From the NCBI GenBank assembly GCA_046328125.1, contig JAXLXF010000010.1:87808-151807 (forward strand): DNA of 64,000 nt, given 5' to 3'. The position numbers and the translations under genes were made by a program. Shown here in pieces: positions 48,202 through 57,400 of this stretch; within the stretch, counting starts at the first letter, position 1, and each line of letters begins with the position of its first letter. The stretch is from Chloroflexota bacterium. Its GTDB lineage: Bacteria > Chloroflexota > UBA6077 > JACCZL01. The notes beneath the pieces were generated by a model, which was not told where the DNA came from, ran no database searches, and saw only the letters and a list, made by a program, of their open reading frames with translations.

Positions 48202-49938
48202 CTACTTCGCCACCCGGGCCGTGACGGTGCGGCCACTCGGGTCCACGATCGCCAGGTCCGCCGACTGCCGCGGCAGGACGTAGTCGATGTTCGTCGGGGC
48301 GAGACCGGTGCGGACGATGATGAACTGGTCTCCGGCCCGGCGCACGGCCCAGGTGCCGCCGGCTGCGTCCCTGTAGTTGACCTGGAGCGTCAGCCGTGCG
48401 CCGCTGTCTCCGTCGCCGTCCGCCCGGTCCACGAACCACGCGCCGCTGCCCAGGCGAAAGGCTCGCGGCGAGCCGTCCTTGTCGTTGGCCTTGTATCGCA
48501 TCCAGTCAACTGGGCGGCCGTCCACGGCGAGTCGCGGATCCCCCGGCCGGACGGCCGGCGCCGCGTCGGTGCCCGGAAAGTCGGGCAGCGTGGTGAACAT
48601 GAAGGCCGTGTACATCTCGAAGTCCACCTGGCCTCGCAAATCAGAGGTCGCCGCGTTTACGCAGCCACTGGTGCAGTTCCGCACGATCCACTCGATGTCG
48701 TAGGTTGGGGCCATGTCGACCATGCCCTGTAGCTGGTTGGGAATCTCGGCTTCCCTGGCGAGGCTCATCGAGCCGGTGATGATCGTGGAGATCGTCGCGA
48801 CGAGGATCGCAAACGTGCCGGCAAAGGTGGCGCCTGCGCCTGCGCTGCCGGCAGAGACGCCCTCGACGGCAAGTGCCGCTCTGGCCGAGAACGGCGCGAT
48901 CACCCTGAGCACTGTGGCCGGTATCTCAATCTGTGCGCCGACGATCGCGGCATAGCCGGTAGCGGCGGCGCCGTAGAGGATCTGGGCTCCACTCGAGGCG
49001 GCGATGAACGCGGAGGACGCCCACGGGTCGTCTACGACCATGTCCTGGTACGTATTCTTGAATCCGTACGACACAAAGGCCTCGAGGCCGGGCGACTCCG
49101 GGCGGAAGCCCCGCGAGGCCCCGATGCACGCACTTCGCGCATCGTAGCTAAAGTCTGTCGGCGGCTCGTACCCACACGGATCGTTGTTCCATCTGCGGTA
49201 CTCGGCCTGTGCCGCCTTCATCGCCTTCGTGTGACTTTCGCGCACCAGCTTCGAGTACACGTCCACCAGCAGCTGCTGGTCGGGACTGCGCTCGTCAGGG
49301 ATCTGCTTGAACGCCTCCTGCACGTCCGCGTACAGGGCGGCGCGGATCTCCGGCCGGGCATACCGCCGCACCAGCGGTCGCGCGCTTTCAGGTAGTCCGT
49401 ACTGCTGGAGGACGAGCGCGATCGCTCGATCTTCTAGCCGCCGCTCGGCGTCAGACCCGGCCTTCTGGCCCAGGGCCTCTGCCATCGGGCACCCCTGGAA
49501 GATGAAGTCCGGGCTCGTGCAGGCGCCGCTGGGCGCACCGGCACCCGAGCGCACGGTGATACTCGGGGCAGGGGTAGGCGTAAGCTGGACGTCGATGGAA
49601 TTCGGGGTCGGCTCGCCGCCAATCTGCACGGGAGTGCTGAGCTCGACGGGAACGATCACCTGCGGGCCGGTCGTCGGGGCAGGTGTCGCGGTCGGAGTCG
49701 GTGGCTGCTGAGCTACGGCGTGTGTGGACAATGGCGGCGCGGCAAGCTGGGCCGCCGCCACCGGTGCAAGGGCCGCCTGGCTCGTCACACACACGGCGAG
49801 GCCGAGAGCGAGCAGGCGAGTCAACCGCCGTGGCCGAGGAAGAAGGCGGCGCCAGGCGAGCCGCGAGCGCCCGGTCTCGGCTCGGCCCGGGGCGGCATCG
49901 TCGGCGGGAGGCTGGACAGTCGGTGTCGCGGAGAGCAT
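48202..49938 (-). CDS. Exported hypothetical protein with Pro/Thr-rich linker and internal Gly/Ala-rich hydrophobic region
   Basis: The likely start is M19 (MLSATP...), preceded by AAAGGA. It has a signal-like RLTRLLALGLAVCVTSQAALAPVAAA. I recognise no family. Confidence 0.6.
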   Translation of the reverse strand: MLSATPTVQPPADDAAPGRAETGRSRLAWRRLLPRPRRLTRLLALGLAVCVTSQAALAPVAAAQLAAPPLSTHAVAQQPPTPTATPAPTTGPQVIVPVELSTPVQIGGEPTPNSIDVQLTPTPAPSITVRSGAGAPSGACTSPDFIFQGCPMAEALGQKAGSDAERRLEDRAIALVLQQYGLPESARPLVRRYARPEIRAALYADVQEAFKQIPDERSPDQQLLVDVYSKLVRESHTKAMKAAQAEYRRWNNDPCGYEPPTDFSYDARSACIGASRGFRPESPGLEAFVSYGFKNTYQDMVVDDPWASSAFIAASSGAQILYGAAATGYAAIVGAQIEIPATVLRVIAPFSARAALAVEGVSAGSAGAGATFAGTFAILVATISTIITGSMSLAREAEIPNQLQGMVDMAPTYDIEWIVRNCTSGCVNAATSDLRGQVDFEMYTAFMFTTLPDFPGTDAAPAVRPGDPRLAVDGRPVDWMRYKANDKDGSPRAFRLGSGAWFVDRADGDGDSGARLTLQVNYRDAAGGTWAVRRAGDQFIIVRTGLAPTNIDYVLPRQSADLAIVDPSGRTVTARVAK

Positions 49939-50080
49939 GCAGAGCGTCCTTTCGTGGCGAAAAGCCGCGCGATCATAGCATCCTCCACGCAATCTGAGAG
50001 GGCTGGCCGAAAGGTCGTGCAGGCGTCATGATATGGACTCCGCTGGCGGCAAGCGCCGAGGACCGGAGCAGAGGTGTGTG

Positions 50081-50743
50081 ATGGAGCGTATGCGCGTCCT
50101 CCTCGCCGACGACCACGCGCTGGTCCGGGACGGCGTCGCCAGTCTCTTGCGGGCCTGGGGTATCGACGTGGTGGGTCAGGCGAACGACGGCGTCGAGGCG
50201 GTCGAGCTGGCGCTGACCTTGCGGCCGGATCTCGTGCTGATGGACATCAACATGCCGCGCCAGGGTGGGCTCGAAGCGACCCGCCAGATCCACGCCGCGT
50301 TGCCAGACACGAAGATCGTGATGCTGACCGTCTCAGACGACGAGCACGACCTGTTCGAGGCGGTCAAGGCCGGGGCGGAAGGCTACCTGCTCAAGAACAT
50401 GACGAGCGCGGAATTCGGCCAGATGGTGGAAGGACTGTCGAGCGGGGTCCCGGCCGTCTCGCGCTCGCTGGCCGGCAAGCTGCTGGCCGAGTTCAGTCGG
50501 CAGGTCCGGCAGGTGCCAGCCCCCCGCCAGACCGACGCACTGACCGAACGCGAGCGCGACGTGCTCCAGCTCATCGCGCACGGCGCGACCAACCGCGAGG
50601 TCGCCCGCCAGCTCGTCATCAGCGAGAACACCGTCAACTTTCACGTCAAGAACATCCTCGGCAAGCTGCACGCGCACACCCGAGCGGAAGCGGCCGTCCG
50701 TGCCCTGCGCGAGGGCCTCGTCGGCGACCCGGACGGGTCGTGA
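50081..50743 (+). CDS. NarL/FixJ-type response regulator (canonical receiver + LuxR HTH)
   Basis: MRVLLADDHALVRDG, DLVLMDINMP, MLTVSDD and GYLLK are present, together with LTERERDVLQLIAHGATNREVA. Confidence 0.9.
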   Translation: MERMRVLLADDHALVRDGVASLLRAWGIDVVGQANDGVEAVELALTLRPDLVLMDINMPRQGGLEATRQIHAALPDTKIVMLTVSDDEHDLFEAVKAGAEGYLLKNMTSAEFGQMVEGLSSGVPAVSRSLAGKLLAEFSRQVRQVPAPRQTDALTERERDVLQLIAHGATNREVARQLVISENTVNFHVKNILGKLHAHTRAEAAVRALREGLVGDPDGS

Positions 50744-51016
50744 AGCGTGGCGGGTCTGACGCCGGCGGGCGGAGCGATGGCGCGGCGCTGATGAGCGAGG
50801 CCCGGTCCCACCGGCGCACCTACCAGAAGTGCTAGTCCGGGCCGACACGTCTGCCAGATCTGGTAGGTGGTAGGGGGCACGTAGACCGCTCGTTTGCGCG
50901 TGGCAGCAACCCCCGATTCGGGCGATCACACGTGCTCCAGTCCCGTGCGAGACTCTGGGCAAACGACCGATGGCGCCGATACCTGCCAGGGACTCGGCGG
51001 CCGAAGGGACACCACG

Positions 51017-51808
51017 ATGCACCAGAGCACGGCGTCGGACTCGTCAGAGGTGACGCGGCGCGGCTTCCTCAAGGTACTGGCCGGGGCCGGCGCCGGTGTG
51101 GCGGTCGGCGGAGCAGCGGCGACGGTCGGCAACGTGCCTTCGCCAGCGGCCCACGCCGAGTCGCCAGCGGCCCGACAGTGGGTGATGGTCGTCGACCTGC
51201 GCAAGTGCGACGGCTGCGAGAAGTGCGTCAAGGCGTGCCAGCAGACCCACGCGCTTGGGAAGGACCAGAAGTGGCTGAACGTGTACCGGATCAGCACCAC
51301 GACCGGTCAGACCCGATTCATGCCGCGCCTCTGCATGCACTGTGAGAATCCGCCCTGCACGCGAGTCTGCCCGGTCGGCGCGACCTACAAGAACGACGAG
51401 GGCGTCGTCCTGGTGAACCAGAACACCTGCATCGGCTGCCGGACCTGCATGGCCGCCTGCCCGTACGAGGCGCGCTACTTCAACTGGGAGGAGCCGCCGC
51501 CCGCGCCGTCGCTCCTCGACCACCCGATGCCGGAGTTCCCGGTCCCGCAGCAGCGCGGCACGGTCGGCAAGTGCATCCTCTGCGTCCACTACACCGAGTT
51601 CGGAAAGCTGCCCGCCTGCGTGCAAGCCTGCTCGATGGAGGCGCTCTACATCGGCGACCTCGAAGCCGACGTGGCAACCAACGGCCGTGAGACGGTCAAG
51701 CTGTCCAAGCTGCTGCGCGAGAACGACGCGATCCGCTTCCGCGAAGAGCTCGGGACACGGCCACGCGTCTACTACATCCTCGGTCACGGGCAGAAGCTCG
51801 ACTTCTAG
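51017..51808 (+). CDS. Tat-exported 4x[4Fe-4S] ferredoxin subunit (NrfC/PsrB/DmsB family)
   Basis: Twin-Arg signal TRRGFLKVLAG. Four Cys clusters are present: CDGCEKCVKAC, CMHCENPPCTRVCP, CIGCRTCMAACP and CILCVH..LPACVQAC. Confidence 0.9.
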   Translation: MHQSTASDSSEVTRRGFLKVLAGAGAGVAVGGAAATVGNVPSPAAHAESPAARQWVMVVDLRKCDGCEKCVKACQQTHALGKDQKWLNVYRISTTTGQTRFMPRLCMHCENPPCTRVCPVGATYKNDEGVVLVNQNTCIGCRTCMAACPYEARYFNWEEPPPAPSLLDHPMPEFPVPQQRGTVGKCILCVHYTEFGKLPACVQACSMEALYIGDLEADVATNGRETVKLSKLLRENDAIRFREELGTRPRVYYILGHGQKLDF

Positions 51809-51852
51809 CTGCTGAGGCGCTCGCTCAGGCTGTCACCCCGGAGGATCTGGCA

Positions 51853-53205
51853 ATGGCTCTCGAAACAGTCCCGCTGGATGCAGTCCAGGAGGCCGCGCTT
51901 CGGCCGCTGGCCCCGAGCAGCCGACGCTTCTGGGCGCTGGCGATCTTGTTGGCGATCCTGACGACCTGGTCCACGACGGCGTGGGTGGTTCAGCTCGTCT
52001 ACGGCCTCGGCGTGGCCGGCTACGACGACCGGAGCTTCTGGGGGATCTACGAGGCAAACCTCGTGTCCTTCATCGCGGTCAGCTACGGCGGCGCGCTGGT
52101 GTCCGCCATCCTTCGGCTGACCCAGGCCCGGTGGCGCGCGCCGATCACGCGGCTCGCCGAAGCGACGGCGTTGATCTCCCTCCTGGTCGGCATGGTGTTC
52201 GCCATCGTCCACCTGGGACGGCCGGAGCGGGTCTGGCGGATGGTGGTGACCCCGCAGCTGAGCTCGCCGATCTTCTGGGATCTGGTCGTCATCATGACGT
52301 ACCTGCTCACGACGGCAATCTTCTTGTACCTGCCGCTGATCCCCGACCTTGCACTGCTCCGCGACCGCCTCGGCGACCAGGGCGGCTGGCGCGCGCGGCT
52401 GTACCGCTCTCTCGCCGTCGGCTGGCACGGGCGGCCGGAGCAGCACCACGCCCTGGAGCGCGGAATCACGGCCATCGCGATCCTCATCATCCCGATCGCC
52501 GTGCTCGTGCACTCGGTCCTGAGCTGGGCGTTCGCCCTGACCGGGCGGCCCGGCTGGAACAGCACCATCATGGCGCCGTACTTCGTGGTCGCGGCACTCT
52601 ACGCCGGCGTCGCGATGGTGATCCTGGTGGTGGTTGCCTTTCGGGCCGGGTATCGGCTGGAGCGCTTCATCACCCTGAAGCATTTTCGGTATCTCGCCTA
52701 CCTGATGCTGACGCTCAACCTGGCGTACCTGTACTTCACGTTCGCCGAGCTCCTCACCGAAGGGTACGTGCAGGCTGAGGAGACCGTCGCGGTGCTGGAG
52801 TCGCTGCTGCTGGGGCGGTACGCGCCGCTGTTCTTCCTCTTCAACCTGGTCGGCGGCCTCATCCCGTTTGCTCTGGTCGCCCTGCCGCGCACCCGCACCA
52901 TCGCCGGCATCACGACCGCGGCGGCGTTCGTCGTCGTCGGGATGTGGCTGAAGCGGATGCTGATCGTCGTGCCAGTCGTCTCACATCCGCTGATCTCGGG
53001 GGCGTGGGGAACGCTCCAGATCACCTGGGTGGCGGCCGGGCTCACCATCGGGGCCGCCGCCGCGATCCCACTGCTGCTGATGCTGTTCTTCAAGCTGTTC
53101 CCAGTGCTCTCGATCTACGAGCTGGAGGAGGCCGGCGCCGAAGAGGCGGTGGCGATCCAGGCTCATCTCGGCTCGATGCAGCAGGAAGGAGGTACCGTGT
53201 CATGA
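51853..53205 (+). CDS. NrfD/PsrC-family polytopic quinone-interacting membrane subunit
   Basis: 450 aa with ~10 hydrophobic helices. The N-terminal FWGIYEANLVSFIAVSYGGALVSAILRL block is typical of NrfD/ActC-like proteins. Confidence 0.85.
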   Translation: MALETVPLDAVQEAALRPLAPSSRRFWALAILLAILTTWSTTAWVVQLVYGLGVAGYDDRSFWGIYEANLVSFIAVSYGGALVSAILRLTQARWRAPITRLAEATALISLLVGMVFAIVHLGRPERVWRMVVTPQLSSPIFWDLVVIMTYLLTTAIFLYLPLIPDLALLRDRLGDQGGWRARLYRSLAVGWHGRPEQHHALERGITAIAILIIPIAVLVHSVLSWAFALTGRPGWNSTIMAPYFVVAALYAGVAMVILVVVAFRAGYRLERFITLKHFRYLAYLMLTLNLAYLYFTFAELLTEGYVQAEETVAVLESLLLGRYAPLFFLFNLVGGLIPFALVALPRTRTIAGITTAAAFVVVGMWLKRMLIVVPVVSHPLISGAWGTLQITWVAAGLTIGAAAAIPLLLMLFFKLFPVLSIYELEEAGAEEAVAIQAHLGSMQQEGGTVS

Positions 53206-53753
53206 AGGCGCTCGTGCTGGCAGCTCTCGCCTCGCTACTCGGCGGTGTGCTGATCCTGGGAGCGTCTCACACGCAGGCGTACGCGCAGGCCGCCCCGTCG
53301 CCCACCACGGTGACGTTTGGCGCGTCTGCACCGACCAGCGTGAAGGGACAGCTTGCGCTGAGCGCAAAGCTGGCCGGGGCGGACGGCAAGCCGGTCAGCG
53401 GTCAGGCGATCGACTTCTACGTGCCGGTCGAGCTGTTTGGCCGCCGCGACGCGTTCGTCGGCGTCGCGACCACCGACTCGACGGGCCTCGCGACGGTCAG
53501 CTACCAGCCGTCCCAGGCCGGGCGGCAGACGATCGTCGCGCGGTTCGCCGGCAGCGACACCTACGCGGCGAGCGAGGCCCGCGCCGAGATCCAGGTCGGC
53601 GAGGTCGTGCCGCCGATCGTGGCTGAGCCGCTGCCGTTCGCCACTGTCCGCGAATGGATACCGCTCGGCATGCTCGCACTCGTCATTCTGGTCTGGGCCG
53701 TCTTGCTCGGCGTGTTCGCAAGCACCGTCCGAGCGATCCGTCACACGGTCTGA
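53202..53753 (+). CDS. Exported Ig-like-domain protein with C-terminal TM anchor
   Basis: The ATG overlaps the NrfD stop (ATGA). Signal peptide MKALVLAALASLLGGVLILGA. An Ig-like block follows (GQAIDFYV...ATTDSTGLATVSYQP.QAG.QTIVARFAGSDTY). The C-terminal helix is WIPLGMLALVILVWAVLLGVFA. Confidence 0.7.
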   Translation: MKALVLAALASLLGGVLILGASHTQAYAQAAPSPTTVTFGASAPTSVKGQLALSAKLAGADGKPVSGQAIDFYVPVELFGRRDAFVGVATTDSTGLATVSYQPSQAGRQTIVARFAGSDTYAASEARAEIQVGEVVPPIVAEPLPFATVREWIPLGMLALVILVWAVLLGVFASTVRAIRHTV

Positions 53754-53803
53754 TCCCTGTTGGTCTTCTCTCACGCTCTGCTCTCGAATCGAGGAGGAAA
53801 CTC

Positions 53804-54349
53804 ATGAAATACCGTCGTCGCACCGTCCTCGGCATCCTGGGGTCGCTCCCAGCGGTGCTCCTGATGAGCGCCTGCCAGTCGGCGCCGCAGGCAGCCCCTG
53901 CCGCCAGCGCCGGGCCGGCAGCGGCCAAGCTGTTCCTCGCCGTGGACATGGTGCAGGGCTCCAAGAACGTGCCGTCCGACCGGAAGGCGATCAGCTGCAC
54001 CCTGGCGAGCCGCTTCGCACGCAACTCCGAGATGGTCTGGCGGGCACGCGTCTACGACCCGTCGTCCGGCGACCTGGTGGACGGTCCGGCCATGGACAAG
54101 GTCCAGGTCAAGCTGGCGAACGGCCAGACCCTGGACGCCGTCTACGGCACCCATCCAAAGGACCCGCCGGGCGAAGCGTTCTGGACGGCCTCCTGGGTGA
54201 TCCCGAAGGACCATCCGACCGGCACCCTGAGCTATCAGGTCACCGCCACCGACAAGAAGGGACGAACCGCCGAGTGGAAGCCGTTTAGCACCGCCCCGTC
54301 CCTGCCGGTCGTGCTGGACGAGGTCTGGCCGGACGTTGCCGCGAGGTAG
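53804..54349 (+). CDS. Tat/lipoprotein-signal exported hypothetical protein
   Basis: GAGGAGG precedes the ATG. The signal is MKYRRRTVLGILGSLPAVLLMSAC (RR plus lipobox). The ~150-aa beta-rich body belongs to no family I recognise. Confidence 0.7.
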   Translation: MKYRRRTVLGILGSLPAVLLMSACQSAPQAAPAASAGPAAAKLFLAVDMVQGSKNVPSDRKAISCTLASRFARNSEMVWRARVYDPSSGDLVDGPAMDKVQVKLANGQTLDAVYGTHPKDPPGEAFWTASWVIPKDHPTGTLSYQVTATDKKGRTAEWKPFSTAPSLPVVLDEVWPDVAAR

Positions 54350-54478
54350 CGGCTGAGGCGGGCTGACGCCAGAGTCAGCAATGCAGGTCGCGCGGCCGTG
54401 GCCTACTACGAGAGAGACAGCTGGCCACGGCCGCCGGCTAGATCACGCTCATGAGAACACGAGGATCTGGAGGATATC

Positions 54479-56041
54479 GTGAAATCGCCCCGCCACATCC
54501 TGGGCTATCGCACGATGAGTCGCGCTACTATCCTGGCTACGCTCAGCCTGGTGACGATCGTCGCGGTCGTCGGCTGTCAGATCGGGATCGGGCCGGTGAT
54601 TCGGCCAGCCGCCGCGCCTGAGATGCGAACGGCTCCCGCTCCGGCCGATGGTGCGCAGCGTGCCGCTGGCGCCTCCGAGGCGGCCGCCAAGGCCCAGCCA
54701 GCGCCCTACACCGCGAAGCTCCAGTTCGCTCCGCCGCACGCCCAGGTCGGAGCCACCGTCCAGATTCAGGGCAGTGGCTATCCGGCCGGCAGCGACGTCG
54801 AGCTGGTCTGGTACACCGCCGAGGGCCGCTACGAGCTCGAGGGCGGCACCGAGTTCGTCGGACAGCGCACGGACGAGCGATCGTCGGTCCTGACCACGCT
54901 GAAGGCCGACGCCTCCGGCAGCATCAGCACGAAGATCGCCGTGCCGCTCGACTTCGGCGGCTCGCATGACGTGCGCGGCCGGGTCAACGGTCAGGAGATC
55001 TCGCAGGCCAGCCTGACCATCGACCCGACGTTCTCGATGGAGCCCCGCGAGGGCCCGATCGGCACGCCAGTCGAGCTGAAGATCGTCGGCGTGGACTCGC
55101 GCCCGAACATCAACACCTGGCACGTGCTCTACGACAACCACTACTTCGGCTTCATGTCCGCGGTGACGACGCACGGCGTCGCGGTGGCCCGCTTCCGCGC
55201 GGCCGGCCCGGTCGGCAGCCGTCTGATCTCGGTCTGGCACAACTCGTTCTTCGGCATCCCGTACCTCAACTGGCAGCAAGGCCCGTTCAAGGACGTTCCG
55301 AGCGCCGAGTTTACGTTCAAGGTGACGAGCGATCCGGGCGTCCTGCCGATCGCCGTCGAGAATTTCTCGGCCGCCGACAACCCGTGGCCGCTGCCGGTCA
55401 ATCCGTCCGGCGCCCTGAGCTTCTCGGTTGACCGGGGCACCGTCGGCCAGCCGACGACCCTCGCCGGCAGCAACCTGCCCGCCAATACCACGCTGAAGCT
55501 CCGCTGGTGGACGATGATCGGCAACCGCGTCTCGGGGACCGGCTTCTCGGACGCGTCCACCGACCTGGGCGAGGTCGTGACCGGGGCGGACGGTCGCTTC
55601 TCGAAGGCGATGACGATTCCTGACGATCTTGGCGGACAGCACCGCATGGAAGTGCTGGCCGGCGACGAGGTGGTCGGCGCGGCCGGCCTGGTGATTCAGC
55701 CGTCCGTCCTCTCCATCAGCTCGACGCGGGTGCGGGCCGGCGAACAGGTCGCGATTCACCTGAAGGGCCTGGGCTGGACCACGTACGAGAACACCTACGC
55801 CACGACCTACGACAACTCGTACATCGGCTACGTGTGCGGCTTCAGCACGAACGGCGACGTCCAGTTCACGGTGACCGCGACCGGCCAGCCCGGCACCCAC
55901 CTGATCGACCTGTACCCCACCATCTACAAGGGGAAGGATCTCCAGCCCCGCATCTACTCGATGCCGCAGCTGACCTACGCGACCGACCACCCGCAGCGCA
56001 TCACCCCGGCCATGCAGATCGCCATCGAGATCGTCGACTGA
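54479..56041 (+). CDS. Exported lipoprotein with four related beta-sandwich repeats
   Basis: GTG start preceded by GGAGGA. The lipobox is VAVVGC. The repeated units begin VQIQGSGYPAGS..., VELKIVGVDS..., TTLAGSNLPANT... and VAIHLKGLGW.... Confidence 0.75.
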   Translation: MKSPRHILGYRTMSRATILATLSLVTIVAVVGCQIGIGPVIRPAAAPEMRTAPAPADGAQRAAGASEAAAKAQPAPYTAKLQFAPPHAQVGATVQIQGSGYPAGSDVELVWYTAEGRYELEGGTEFVGQRTDERSSVLTTLKADASGSISTKIAVPLDFGGSHDVRGRVNGQEISQASLTIDPTFSMEPREGPIGTPVELKIVGVDSRPNINTWHVLYDNHYFGFMSAVTTHGVAVARFRAAGPVGSRLISVWHNSFFGIPYLNWQQGPFKDVPSAEFTFKVTSDPGVLPIAVENFSAADNPWPLPVNPSGALSFSVDRGTVGQPTTLAGSNLPANTTLKLRWWTMIGNRVSGTGFSDASTDLGEVVTGADGRFSKAMTIPDDLGGQHRMEVLAGDEVVGAAGLVIQPSVLSISSTRVRAGEQVAIHLKGLGWTTYENTYATTYDNSYIGYVCGFSTNGDVQFTVTATGQPGTHLIDLYPTIYKGKDLQPRIYSMPQLTYATDHPQRITPAMQIAIEIVD

Positions 56042-56086
56042 CCGACGACCGCTCCAGACCCTCCACGTTCTCAGGGCACGAAGTGC

Positions 56087-56109
56087 CCGGTGGGCCAGGC
56101 GCCCACCGG
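56087..56109 (+). terminator. 9-bp-stem hairpin after the lipoprotein gene
   Basis: CCGGTGGGC-caggc-GCCCACCGG, preceded by GGGCAC-gaa-GTGCCC. Confidence 0.45.
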
Positions 56110-56396
56110 ACGCTCCGTGCCCTCTCTCGTGCTCCCGGCCACCATGAGATGCCTCCTCCTCGGAGAGCGTGGACGGGATTGGCGTACCAGTCGCCGGACG
56201 GTAGCGACGGGCGTGCGCAGCGGATGCTTGCGGCTGCATCTGCGAGTCCCTACGATCTCTAGCGTCTCGCGCGGCTTCCGCCGTGCCTGAGACGCTCGAA
56301 CGGGGCAGCGCTACCGGCTGCCTCGCGGACGTCGTCGGAAGCCGGCGTGGCGACAGTCGCATCTCAGCTGGCCGCGCCGAACAAGGAGCACCACAG

Positions 56397-57203
56397 GTGG
56401 AGAGCACGCATCAGCACGGCGGTCACGGTCAGGGCCAATCCCTGCCCGGCCACACTCACGACCAGCAGTGGCATGACGAGGAGTACGTCGCGAACTGGAT
56501 CGAGCGGCAGAAGGGCCGCCAGACCGAGCGCCGACGCCAGTTCGTCGCCCTGCGCGCCTTCATCCCGAAAAACCAGGATCAGGAGTTTCGCTACCTCAAC
56601 CTGGGCGCCGGCCCCGGCGTCCTCGACGGGATCCTGCTCGAGCATTTTCGCGGGGCGAACGCGGTGGTGCACGATGGATCGCTGGCGATGCTGGCCGCCG
56701 CGCGCAAGGAGCTGCAGCGGTTCGGCGACCGTGTCGAGTACGTCCAGGCCGACCTCTCCAGCCCTGACTGGACCGGCGCCGTCGGCGGCCCGTTCGACTT
56801 CGTCATCTCAGCGCGAGCCGTCCACCATGTCGGCGACCCGCGTCGCATCCGTGCGCTGTACCGCGAGATCCGGGCACTGACCGGCCACGGCGGCACCTTC
56901 CTGAACCTGGACTACGTCCGCCCGGCCCGAGCCGAGCTGGCGCGGCTCGGCGAGTGGATCGCGCGGGACGAGGAGGCCGGCTTCGGCGGGGCGCCCCACG
57001 ACGCCGCCGACATGCCCGGCACCCTGATCGAGCACCTGGGCTGGCTGTCCGAGGCCGGCTTCAACACCGCCGAGGTGTACTGGAAAGAGATGGACCTGGC
57101 GTTGATGGCCGGCATCAACGGCCACCTGCACATGCCGTGGGGCCACGGCGACGACCCGAGCAAGGAACAGGGGCACGACCACGGACAGGGGCACGGACAT
57201 TGA
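56397..57203 (+). CDS. Class I SAM-dependent methyltransferase with His-rich N- and C-terminal tails
   Basis: GTG start at residue 39 of the track ORF, preceded by AAGGAG. SAM motif I is YLNLGAGPGVL. The tails are ESTHQHGGHGQGQSLPGHTHDQQWHDEE and HLHMPWGHGDDPSKEQGHDHGQGHGH. Confidence 0.8.
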   Translation: MESTHQHGGHGQGQSLPGHTHDQQWHDEEYVANWIERQKGRQTERRRQFVALRAFIPKNQDQEFRYLNLGAGPGVLDGILLEHFRGANAVVHDGSLAMLAAARKELQRFGDRVEYVQADLSSPDWTGAVGGPFDFVISARAVHHVGDPRRIRALYREIRALTGHGGTFLNLDYVRPARAELARLGEWIARDEEAGFGGAPHDAADMPGTLIEHLGWLSEAGFNTAEVYWKEMDLALMAGINGHLHMPWGHGDDPSKEQGHDHGQGHGH

Positions 57204-57204
57204 C

Positions 57205-57400
57205 CGGCCAGATGCTCGGAAACATCGGCACGCGGATGCAGGCGGCACGGGTGGGATCGAGGGCGTCAAGTACCGCCAGCTAAAGCAGGCGGCTTGTGAG
57301 CGGAAGACTGATGCGGAACACCAGCATCCCCCACGATAGGCAGCTTGACGGACTGCCCGCCGGTCGAGCCACTGGCCCAGCCGACACGGTGGCGGTCGCG
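57205..57400 (-). ncRNA. Predicted omega-RNA (reRNA) region of the TnpB element
   Basis: This call rests on position only. In characterised TnpB systems the guide RNA overlaps the tnpB 3' end and right-end hairpin and reads out past the element end. I did not verify any structure beyond the end hairpin. Confidence 0.3.
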
